Both the position numbers and the translations under genes were made by a program. A stretch of DNA of 40,391 bases from Alphaproteobacteria bacterium. GTDB lineage: Bacteria; Pseudomonadota; Alphaproteobacteria; Caulobacterales; Caulobacteraceae. The notes beneath the pieces are model-generated. The model ran no database searches and was not told the origin of the DNA. It worked only from the letters and a program-made list of their open reading frames with translations. The number at the start of each line of letters is the position of its first letter. The stretch's first letter is position 1. Positions 20,001 through 28,300 of this stretch are shown piece after piece. Location of the stretch: the NCBI GenBank assembly GCA_043743295.1, contig JAYTWT010000129.1, forward strand, positions 1 through 40,391, written 5' to 3'.

Positions 20001-21418
20001 AGGGTGCCGGTTGCCGCCGTCACCGACCCCGTCGTCGAGGTGATCTCGATGTCATCACCCGCCGTGACCGATCCGGTGACGCTGGCCGGACCGGTGGTGG
20101 CCGTGACGAACACGTCGCCCGCCACGCTGCCCGAGCCCAGGCTGGCCGTCGGCCCTAGAACCTTCAGATCACGCGACGAGATACCCGATGTCAGCGTGGC
20201 GCTGGTCGTGCCCTGGATCGTCACGTCGCCCGCTGCGATGCCCGTGCCTTGTGTTGTTGCCGAACCGACCAAGACCGAACCCGCCGTCGACTGGACCCAC
20301 ACATGGGCGTCGTCGCCCGCTCCCACGCCGGTAGACGTCAGGCTGCCGCTACCGGCCGCGACTGCGCCGCTGGTCGCGGTCACCTCGATATCGTCACCCG
20401 CCGAAACCGTGCCCGTGACGGTAGCCGCACCGGTCGTGGCGGTCACAAACACGTCGCCAACCGCGCTCCCGGACCCCAAGCTGGCCGCTGGCCCCAGGAC
20501 CTTGATGTCGCGCCCAGACGTGCCGCTGCTTAAGCTGGCGCTGGTCCCGCCCGTCAGCACGATATCCGTGCCCGCCCCAGAGGTGGCCGAGGTCACCGAC
20601 ACGTCGGTGCTCGCCGTCACGGTGGCACCCGAAGCCCCGCTGAGAGCGCCGACATTCGCGCTACCCGCCGAGGCCGTGACCGTAGCCGTACCGCCCGTTG
20701 ACGCGACTTCTCCGATCGTCACCGATCCCATCGTCGCCGAAACGTTAGCGGATCCCGCGGCCAGGGCCGTGTTTGCATTCAGGTCGCCGGAGGCGGCCGT
20801 CAGGACCAGCTCACCAAGCGCGTTGATCGAGGCCGAGGTGGCCGCGTTGATTGTATCAATCTGAATGAGCGCATTCGACGCGCCGCGCAGGACACTCAAC
20901 GGGCTGGCCGCGTCCACGAACGTCAGGTCCACCAGGGCATCGCCACGCGCGAACACGAAATTGCCCGCCGTCATCACCGCGCCGGGTGAGATCACAACCC
21001 CGCCCGGCGAGTAGAACCAGATGTTGCCACCGGGATCCGCTCCGACCAAGCCCGACACCTGCCCTCCGGTGTCGACCATCACCGCTGTGGGCGACCTGTT
21101 CAGGACGATGTCCGAGGTCTGGCCAAAGTGGAATGTGACCCGGTCAGCGCCGCTGACGTGAAAACTGTCCCAATTTATAACAGTCCGGGTGGCCTGCAGC
21201 GCAACGTCTAGCGTGTTGGCGTCCGGCGCCGTGATCACCGGCAGGGTCCCGCCGGTCGTCACCGCGATCGACCCGGCGGCCGGTACTGCGGGCAGGGTCT
21301 GCGCATGGGCGGCGACAGCCAGAACCAGTCCCATCCCGACCAGCGCAGATGTGGCAAGCAGCCGCCGCCGACCCGGTAGGGGCGTTGAGGCTAGGCCGGT
21401 CATGATGGGTCCCGACAT
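16232..21418 (-). CDS. TpsA-1 N-terminal part: signal peptide, TPS secretion domain and beta-helical repeats
   Basis: RBS GGGGAG; RRRLLATSAL...AHA signal. TPS-domain-like RTVINWDSFHV, F.FGQTSDIVLNR and NIWFYSPGGVVISPGA. Gly/Ala/Thr/Ser-rich repeats follow. Confidence 0.8.
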   Translation of the reverse strand: MSGPIMTGLASTPLPGRRRLLATSALVGMGLVLAVAAHAQTLPAVPAAGSIAVTTGGTLPVITAPDANTLDVALQATRTVINWDSFHVSGADRVTFHFGQTSDIVLNRSPTAVMVDTGGQVSGLVGADPGGNIWFYSPGGVVISPGAVMTAGNFVFARGDALVDLTFVDAASPLSVLRGASNALIQIDTINAATSASINALGELVLTAASGDLNANTALAAGSANVSATMGSVTIGEVASTGGTATVTASAGSANVGALSGASGATVTASTDVSVTSATSGAGTDIVLTGGTSASLSSGTSGRDIKVLGPAASLGSGSAVGDVFVTATTGAATVTGTVSAGDDIEVTATSGAVAAGSGSLTSTGVGAGDDAHVWVQSTAGSVLVGSATTQGTGIAAGDVTIQGTTSATLTSGISSRDLKVLGPTASLGSGSVAGDVFVTATTGPASVTGSVTAGDDIEITSTTGSVTAATGTLTSTGIGAADDAHVLVRSTGGSAELGSATTQGTGGAAGDITVNGITLATLGSGTSSRDIRVLGPTASLTSGSAAGDVFVTATTGAASVGGAVFAGDDIEVTATSGAVTVSGSLTSTGVGAADDAHVLVRSMSALVLVSAATTQGTGVAAGDVTVQGATSASLTLGNSTRDLRVLGPSASLGSGNAVQDVFVTATTGAATVTGVVSAGDDIEVTATSGAVLASGADLTSTGLGATDDAHVLARSTSAAVAVGSAATQGTGTTVGDITVEGATTASLDSGTSSRDVKVLGPTATLGSANASGDVFVTATTGPASVTGTVTAGDDIEVTATSGSVTAGGGALTSTGSGAVDDAHVLARSTAGSVVVGSATTLGTGATAGDVTIDGATTASLNSGAASRDLKVLGPAATLGSATASRDVFVTATTGAATVTGVVSAGDDIEVTSATGSVAASGASLTSTGIGASDDAHVLVKSTSGSVSLGSATTQGTGSVAGDIILEGATTATLINTASATGDIQVLAGDSVLAAGSVMTAGRDLIARATTGNVALGTARAGDDLSVRALAGALTATGDLEAGQTRLPGDPDLSGAADTLTGATMVGHDLDLKAQTITVVGHVAAGRAPDGGETLGSAQVASDVLVMATNADAGGVAALRLATGVGKAVTAHQDINLRAENSAGASIQAGDVFAGRDVAVYSPAGSVQLRSALAGDDIVLRAPKGSVAVTGDVKAGRDSPGMTPGDAPGVADDLNTLLPFLDFDGNPATVFSVVGFDVNIVSQSIQIGGATIAGRQPSTDDPDTAGPVDTTTSDVRIQTRVSLTPVLNLAPNIQLGSVTATRDLQIDSFKAITTGDLKAGRDIAVLGRGGVTPGATPGDHSGSGVTIASARAGDDALAFSIYGRTHILGGATSGTPFQRLVPTNNRIIDGATEAADQLAIYLHYFDLDDASTPYVLPGGVLHLGGEGVTVGGALTAQGAASDVRVQSSLDIDVTGATSAGGIATFETQGATAGAISVGAVTAAGEVFLDGVGVTSTGIVTSTSGDVAVRGRAGSTVMLAGASAGDDVVIRTTGQVTITGPISAGGGTDSAGRGDALRVSDGTVMLEGQTFDLTGNDIDIRAGAVTTTGTMTALGAASDVRVQAAGTISLGGLNAGRDVVVDGASAVSTGVLSAGRDVGVRSTGVGAAVAVGGASAGDDVVIRSKGTIIAGALSSGSGTDSAATDQAGDLMFGVAKSNFGGDLDLVGRTVDVRSTARSTRPRMPAFRPRA
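18495..20530 (-). repeat. six tandem ~113-aa (339-bp) coding repeats in TpsA-1
   Basis: RD.KVLGP.A.LGS....DVFVTATTG.A.VTG.V.AGDDIEVT...DDAHV...ATTQGTG..AGD occurs six times, with VLGP at about 20490, 20151, 19812, 19476, 19137 and 18797. Confidence 0.92.
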
Positions 21419-21428
21419 GGCTCCCCAC

Positions 21429-23135
21429 TCACCGTGCGATCACGACTTGAACCAGCAATCGCTGTGCCGGTTTGTTCGGAGAGGTCGGGAAAGGCTTGTC
21501 GAACGGTTGGGCCCAAGCAACCTGTGCCTGAATCCCGTAGGGCAGGCGTACCTCCAGGCCTGCACCGGCGGAGCGCAACACGCGGCTGCTGGACCCGATG
21601 TCCAGGTTCTGGACGTAGCTGACATCTCCAAAGGCGAACGGCGAGATCGTGACGCCCTTTAGGACCCTCAGCGGCTTAGTCTGGAGCTTGGCTTCGCCGC
21701 TCACTTGGCGATCTCCGGACAGCACTGCCGGCTCATAGCCACGGCCGATGGTCAGGTCGCCGACCGCCATCTCTTCATAGGCCACGAGCGGGCGATTGGT
21801 GTATTGGGCCTGGGTCCTGAGGCCGAGGTCGATCCAGCGATAGGTCAGGTGGCTGTCACCATCAAACCGCACGACCCACGCATCAGGTCGGCCCTGGATC
21901 CGCGAAATGCCCTGCTGGCCCGCCTTAGTGCCGCCGAGCACGGTGAACCCTTTGCGTACCTCGAGCTCGCCATTCCCACTGACCGCAAGTTGGGGCGCGA
22001 GATCGCGCGCAACGGCGCTGCTGATCCGGGCCCAGGCCACCCGGATCTTGTCGTCCGCCAGCACGTCTCCACCAGGGAAGGCTGTCTTCTGATTGACGAA
22101 ATCCACGCCGGTGGAGGTAAAGACGCTGTAGCGCCGCAGTCGGACCAGCGGATACCGCGCCTCCGCCGTCGCGACGAACGACTGGCCTTGTAGTTTCAAG
22201 GGGGCCAGTTGCCCGCCGGGCCGCGATTGCCCGTAGGCCAATGAGACCCGTCCCAGCAGCCCGCGACTACCAAACCGCGCCTCTTCGACCACCTGGGCAA
22301 TCCACTGCTCGTTGGCCAGGGCTGTTCGGTAGCCGATCAGGGTGGTGCGTTCGCCAAAGGACGTGAAACTGTTCAGGTCGATCCGGGTCAGTACCCCCCA
22401 GGGGCCGAGCGCTTCCGGGCCGGTGTTCTGGGTCGCAACGAGATAGTTGATCGGATCGCGATCTACCTGGACCTCAAGGTCAATCGCGCCTTGCCCCTCA
22501 GCCGATGGGCGCAGGGCCGCCGAAAGTCGCACACGTGGGACGTCGTTGGCGAGCAACAGATAGCGCTGGGCCGTGTCGAGGTCGAAGGGCGTCATACCGC
22601 GTAGCTTGTCGAGATAGGCTTCTACCCGGTCCTGGCTAGGTCCTATGTCGCCCCGCACTCGAACAGCCACAATCCGGGCCTCGGTGACCTCGATCCGCAG
22701 GCGTCCGCTGGAGATGGTCTGGGCAGGGATCTCCACCCGAGCGAGGCGTCCCTTGCGAAACAGGATCAGCGCCAAGCGATCCCGGATCTCGCAGATCTTC
22801 GCCACCGGGATCTCGGCGTCGATGAACGGGCCAAAGGCGGCCTTCACGTCGTCGGCGTCGATGGACGTGCCGACCACGTCGAGCGCTTGCAGTTTGAAGC
22901 TGAGGGTCGAATTCGCGAGAGGACAGGGCGGTGCCGTGGGCGCACTGAACAGGTCGGCGTTGCGGTTGGTTTGCGGTCGAGCGCCGCGGCGGGACTCGGG
23001 ATTTAGATCTTCGCGCGTGGGAACTGTACGCTGGGGTTTCGGTGTTGCACTGACCTGAGCCAGCGCATGGCCCGCGCACGCCCAAATCAAGGCCGTGATG
23101 AGAACCACGCGAAGATTTGCGGCCCGAACTCGCAC
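21429..23135 (-). CDS. ShlB/FhaC/HecB family TpsB outer-membrane translocator (TpsB-1)
   Basis: Signal ending ALA-Q; POTRA-like RVEIPAQTISSGRLRIEVTEARI and LLANDVPRV; barrel with loop-6 GRGY motif and LRSAGAGLE. Start uncertain: GTG 23135 preferred, but the frame is open to 23300. Confidence 0.9.
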   Translation of the reverse strand: MRVRAANLRVVLITALIWACAGHALAQVSATPKPQRTVPTREDLNPESRRGARPQTNRNADLFSAPTAPPCPLANSTLSFKLQALDVVGTSIDADDVKAAFGPFIDAEIPVAKICEIRDRLALILFRKGRLARVEIPAQTISSGRLRIEVTEARIVAVRVRGDIGPSQDRVEAYLDKLRGMTPFDLDTAQRYLLLANDVPRVRLSAALRPSAEGQGAIDLEVQVDRDPINYLVATQNTGPEALGPWGVLTRIDLNSFTSFGERTTLIGYRTALANEQWIAQVVEEARFGSRGLLGRVSLAYGQSRPGGQLAPLKLQGQSFVATAEARYPLVRLRRYSVFTSTGVDFVNQKTAFPGGDVLADDKIRVAWARISSAVARDLAPQLAVSGNGELEVRKGFTVLGGTKAGQQGISRIQGRPDAWVVRFDGDSHLTYRWIDLGLRTQAQYTNRPLVAYEEMAVGDLTIGRGYEPAVLSGDRQVSGEAKLQTKPLRVLKGVTISPFAFGDVSYVQNLDIGSSSRVLRSAGAGLEVRLPYGIQAQVAWAQPFDKPFPTSPNKPAQRLLVQVVIAR

Positions 23136-23501
23136 TGTATTCGTCGCCCTGCGCCCTGCGCCTCGCGCCCCCACAGACCCGATACGAAATCGAAACCATA
23201 CTCGGACGCTATTGGCGACGTTGATTCCGACACGACGGAGATTATCTCGATTTCGATTTCGGCGCCTCGCTGACGGCTTCAGCCACTTACGAGACCCCAA
23301 CCGTTGTCTTCGCGGACCTTCCGACTGCCCGCCTCGGAGCGTGTTCCGATCAGTGGAACCGGCCTTGTCAGGTCAAATATCCGACCCGCAAGAGGTGGGA
23401 TTTAGGCAGGTGGGATGGCTCGCCAGAAAAAGACCATTGCCAAGCCTAGAGCGCCGGGAACGCGCCAGACTGCCCGACAGCACCCGATCATTGCGAAATC
23501 C

Positions 23502-25391
23502 TCATCTGAGCATCCGCAGTGGATAGATCGTCAGCCGCGCCTGTACCCCGTGGTCCTGCAGGTCGCGTTTGCCGGCCACCTCCACGCTTTTCAGTGCATA
23601 GCCGTAGGTTATCCGAGCCGACATTGCATCGCTGGGCGTCCAAGTCAGCGAGGTGCCGAGGCTCATAATCCAGTGTTGCGGCTGCGGCACTTTCGCGTTG
23701 CGCATCACAGCCCCGTCGGCGAACGTGGCGACGCTGAAGGCTCCCCAGTTGAAGGCGCGAGCGCCACCCTGACGGCCGGCGAGGTTTAGCGGATGGGCGA
23801 ACTCGACCGATCCAACAATACCCTGGTCAGCGAGCAGGACGTTTTCGCGATAGCCACGAACCGTCGTCTCGCCACCTGCCGACAATCGTTCGCTCGAATA
23901 AAGCACGCCGCTGCTCATCTGGCCGTAGAGGCGAGCGCGCAGCTCCAGACCGCGAGGCGACAGTCGGCGCGCATAGTTGACCTGGGCTAAAGCGACCTTG
24001 AAATTGGGATCGGGATTCGTCAGGCCGACGATGATTGACCGCGTGCCTTCAAGGCCCATCGATGCGGTCAGCGACACGGCGAATACCTGATCGACATTGC
24101 GGACCACATAGTCGCCCACGAGCCTGAGCGCCGTATAATGGCTGCGGCCATCGATGGCACCGGGCGCGAAGGAGAAGGGCTGGCCTAGCAAGGTAGTCTG
24201 GGCCTGATGCCAGCTCACCAGCGCTCCGGCCGAAAGCGTACGGGCGGATGACCAGCGACCGGCCTCCGCCGCTGGCAACAACGGTCGGTCGGTCAGCTTT
24301 CGGCTGAGACCACCCTCCAACACGCGCTCCTTGGCGGTGATGTCCAACGGAGTTAGTAGCGGATCAATGACCGCTGCATCGTTGTAAGCAGCCCGCACGT
24401 TGGCGACTGTCCGGGGTGAAAAAAGCGGAAATACATAGTTGGCGTAGACGTCTTTGACGCCTTCAGTGATGCCAACTTCGCCACTCAGAATATCGCCGGC
24501 ACCCAGCAGGTTGCGCACGAAGCCGCCCGCCGCCGCGCGCTCGCCGCCGATAGAAGGCGAACGGTTGTTGGCCCCGGTCAGATAGAGGTTGTAGCGATCC
24601 TGCGGAAAGATAGTGGCGATCAGGCTGGCCTCGCCGGGGCGGGTGCCTGGCCGCAGATCGGCGTTGACTGTGCGAATGGCGGGATCCTCGGCCAACAGTC
24701 GGAATTCACGCTCCAGGTCTATCGCGTTGAGGGGGCGGCGCAGGGCGGCTGGCATCCGATCGCGGATAAAGGCGGCGTCCAGGCCCTTGGGGTCGCTGTT
24801 GACCCAAACGACGGCAAGCCGCGGCCCCCCGTCGGACGGCGCGACGAGCCCGCCATAGATGATCGTCAGGTCCAGGGTATCCGGTGCAGCGCTCAACCGG
24901 ACGACCACGCCGGAGTTGACGAAACCGGCGGCCAGGAACGCGCGGTTGATCACCTGCACCAAGGCTAGCGCTCGGCTGACGCCTCCATCCGCCGGCAGAC
25001 GGTTCAAGGTAAACTGCCGACGGACCCATACCTCGTCCAGAGCCTCGCCCGGCCGATAATCCAGGCGTAGGTCCGCGTCGGGTTCATCCGCAGGGTGCCA
25101 GCGGCGCGGCGGCAGAGCGGCGTCATGCGCACCCTCTACGCTCACCCGAATTTCGCCGAGTCCCGGTCCTTCATCAGGCGGTAGACGTACATATCCGCCC
25201 GGTATCGTCGGCGCAGGGGGCAGAAGGTTCGGCGGACGCGCGTATTCTGGGCGAGAGGTCTGTGCACCAGGTCCCGTGCGGCCCAGCAAGACCTCGGACG
25301 GCGCAGCCTGGGCCCGCACCACCTCCGGCGTGGTTACCGCCAGGAGCACACTCACAGCAGTGGAAAGCGCGCGGCCCGGGTGCGGGATCAA
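23502..25391 (-). CDS. ShlB/FhaC/HecB family TpsB outer-membrane translocator (TpsB-2)
   Basis: TTG 25391 overlaps the TpsA-2 stop (TTGA). Motifs INRAFLAAGFVNSG, LLAEDPAIRTVNADLRPGTRPGEA, NNRSPSIG, NLLGAGD and SERLSAGGETTVRGYREN (VRGY). Confidence 0.92.
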   Translation of the reverse strand: MIPHPGRALSTAVSVLLAVTTPEVVRAQAAPSEVLLGRTGPGAQTSRPEYARPPNLLPPAPTIPGGYVRLPPDEGPGLGEIRVSVEGAHDAALPPRRWHPADEPDADLRLDYRPGEALDEVWVRRQFTLNRLPADGGVSRALALVQVINRAFLAAGFVNSGVVVRLSAAPDTLDLTIIYGGLVAPSDGGPRLAVVWVNSDPKGLDAAFIRDRMPAALRRPLNAIDLEREFRLLAEDPAIRTVNADLRPGTRPGEASLIATIFPQDRYNLYLTGANNRSPSIGGERAAAGGFVRNLLGAGDILSGEVGITEGVKDVYANYVFPLFSPRTVANVRAAYNDAAVIDPLLTPLDITAKERVLEGGLSRKLTDRPLLPAAEAGRWSSARTLSAGALVSWHQAQTTLLGQPFSFAPGAIDGRSHYTALRLVGDYVVRNVDQVFAVSLTASMGLEGTRSIIVGLTNPDPNFKVALAQVNYARRLSPRGLELRARLYGQMSSGVLYSSERLSAGGETTVRGYRENVLLADQGIVGSVEFAHPLNLAGRQGGARAFNWGAFSVATFADGAVMRNAKVPQPQHWIMSLGTSLTWTPSDAMSARITYGYALKSVEVAGKRDLQDHGVQARLTIYPLRMLR

Positions 25392-28300
25392 GGGCACCCT
25401 CCGAGGCCCGACGTCCGAACCGACCGCGGGCGATCCACGCCGTCTGCCGAGACATCGCGGGCATAAGGCCCAACCGGACGCGTGATGAGCTGACTGACCG
25501 CCCCGGTCGAGCGCGCCGCCGGACATTGACCACGCAACACTTTGGAAGCGTCAAGCACGGAAAGATCGCGGCTGACGATACCGCTAGAGACGTCATAGAG
25601 CCCAGTTTCCAGCTTCACTTCACCGTCCACCGCCACGGTATTCACCCGGTCCGTCGAGTTGATGAAATAGCGGCTCTGGATCACCACATTGGCACCGCGC
25701 TGCTGGCCTAAAGCCAGGATTGAGCCACCGTTGGAGACGATGGCGAGCGGGTCCGAGATCGTGATCTTCCCGCCTGTGCCGGCCCCCGACGAGGTTTGGA
25801 TCACCCCAGGATCCTTGGCCCCCCTAAGCACCAGGAGGCCAGGACGGTCGATGCCGATGACGATCTCCCCGGCAGCCCCGGCGAAGGCGTTGGTGGTGAT
25901 CCTGCCGCCATCCGACACGGTTATACTGTCCGCCGAGATCATCACGGATCCGGCGTCACCCACCTGGCCAGCGACATTACCCGTCCGCACGTTGCCGGCT
26001 TGGTTCTCGCTGGAGATCAGCGAACCCAGCCCATCGATCCATAAGAGGCCGGCGTCGATGCTGATCAGGCCGGCGGAATTGGGATTGTTGGAGACCGTTG
26101 AAATTGCTCCGCCGCCGACCACGCTGACGCTGCCCGACTGGATATCCAAGGCTCCGGAGGCACCCAGCGCGCCGACCTCAGCCGCCGAACTAATCAACCC
26201 GCTTTCAACACTCAGGGTCTTGGACTTGATTGCGATCATTCCAGCGTTGCCCTCGCCACGGCTCGAAGTCGACACCCGGGCCAACTTGCCGATAGTCAGA
26301 ACGTCGGCGCTGATCTCGATGAAACCTGCGTCCCCAACCGAGGTTTCGGTCGCTTCGGAAGAGATGGCCGCACCATTGTCCAGCGTTAGGGTCTTAGCCG
26401 TAATACTGACATCACCGGCGTCGCCGTTGCTGAGTGTGCGCGAGCGGATGTTCCCACTGTGGTCCAGGCTGACGGTATCGGCCTTGATGATCACGTCACC
26501 TGCATCGCCCGTCGCATAGGTGTCCGAGGACACGAACCCGGCCCGATCAAGCAACAGAGACTTGGCCTCGATCCGCACCTCGCCTGCATTGCCGGTGCCC
26601 AGGCTGTCGGAGCTGATGTAAGTGATCTTGTCGCCGCCGGTTACCCGTACTGTTCCGGCGACAACGGAAACGCCGCCTGCGTCGCCGGCACCTTGACTGT
26701 CGGATGAGATGAAACCGCCACCCGTGATGTCGAGGGTGTCGGTGCGGATGGCGATCGTTCCAGCGTCGCCCGAGTCAAAGGTGTCGGACGAGATAAACCC
26801 ACCGTCTTTAAGTTTGATCGACTTAGCGTCGACAAAAACACCTCCAGCGCTGCCCTCACCCAAGGTCTCTGAGGTGATGAAGGTGAACCCACGGCGGTTG
26901 CCGTCCAGCACCAGCTCTCCAACCTTGATCGCCACGACACCTGCGTCACCAGATCCACTGGTGCCGGAGGAAATTCGCCCGTCAACCACAGTGATTGTGT
27001 CTGCATTGATCAGGACCGTACCGGCATCACCCGTTCCTCGTTGCGAACGCGAGGTGATCGAACTGCCTTCCAAGATGGTGAGCGACCCGGTCTTGATCGT
27101 GACCGTACCGGCATCACCTGAGTCTAAGGAATCCGAGCGGATTGCCGCCGAGGTATCCAAGGTGATGGCTCCGGCTTCGATCACCACGTCGCCGCCGATC
27201 CCGGCACTATTGCTGTTGGAGGTAATCGCACCGTTCGACATCTGAAGCGTCTTAGCCGCCGTGATCGAGACCCGGCCCGCCGGACCGTTGGCAAGGCCAA
27301 TGGTGTCTGACTGGATGCGAGTGTCCATCAGTCGCACGTCTCGACCGAATAACTCTACAATGCCGCCACTTGCGCGGCCGTTGGTGTTGGAGGTGATTTC
27401 GCTGTTGATCACAGTCAGATCACCCGTCGCTTTCAGGCGAACGAGGCCAAGCCGGTTGCCCGGTGCGCCGTTGGCTTCGACCCGGATGTTGGTCTCGTCC
27501 AGCACCAAGGTGTCGGCCTCAACCAAAATCGTGCCGGAGCCCCCCTCGCCGAAGTTGTCGGCCTGAAGCCGAGTCTCGACGAGCAGTACCTCCGGCGCCT
27601 TGATACTTATGGCACCAGCACCGTTTTCGTTGGTGCTGGACGCAGTGAACGCCGCGCCGAGGACCGAGATGCTCTTCGTTGCGGTCAAGGTGAACGCGCC
27701 CGAGTCGCTGACCAAGCCCGGCGCCGAGCCGAACGTTCCACCAGAGATGTCAATTTCAGCCCCGCTGATCGTCACATCCCCCGGGCGAGCTGCGCCGAGC
27801 GAGGTGGCGATAGCGATCCCGCCGCCGATCTGGATGGTCGGCGCGGTGATGACGATGTGGCCACCTTGACCCGCCCCCAGGGCGCTGGACACGACGAACA
27901 CGCCATCAAGCGTCAGAGCGTTCGCCGATAGCGAGACTACGCCACCGAAACCCCCGGCAGCGTTGGTAGAGGTGACGCTGGCGTTGCCGCGCACGACGAG
28001 GTCCTGGGTTGCCGCCAGACTGAGACTGCCCCCTGGCGCGGCAGTGGTCGTCACCGTGAACAGAGCGCCGCCGTCGATATCAATATCTCGCGCCTGGATC
28101 AGCAATGCCCCCGCTGCACCACCGGCCCGCGCTGATGTGCCGATGGTTGAGCCCTCTGAGACCTGGACCTGCGTTCCCTGTATGCGCAGATCGCCGCCGC
28201 GGGTGGAGCCACCGGTATCGGAGATCAGGTTAGCGCCGCGCAAAGTCACCGTCCCTCCAGACAAACGAAGGGCCCCTGCCGTTGAGTCATCCGAGGTGAT

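Larger units (their letters stand above)
10611..21418 (-). pseudogene. giant filamentous-haemagglutinin-like TpsA exoprotein (TpsA-1, about 3600 aa), interrupted by one frameshift near 16285
   Basis: The two track ORFs share the same repeat family, and the repeat pattern continues across the junction (VDVRS | NGAINAATDARVQTQ) in a different frame. Could be a real lesion or an assembly error. Confidence 0.75.

Noticed and set aside
18495-20530. Regularly spaced repeats as a CRISPR-like or non-coding array
   Set aside because: Units are 336-339 bp, in frame, conserved at protein level with synonymous divergence; there is no repeat-spacer structure.
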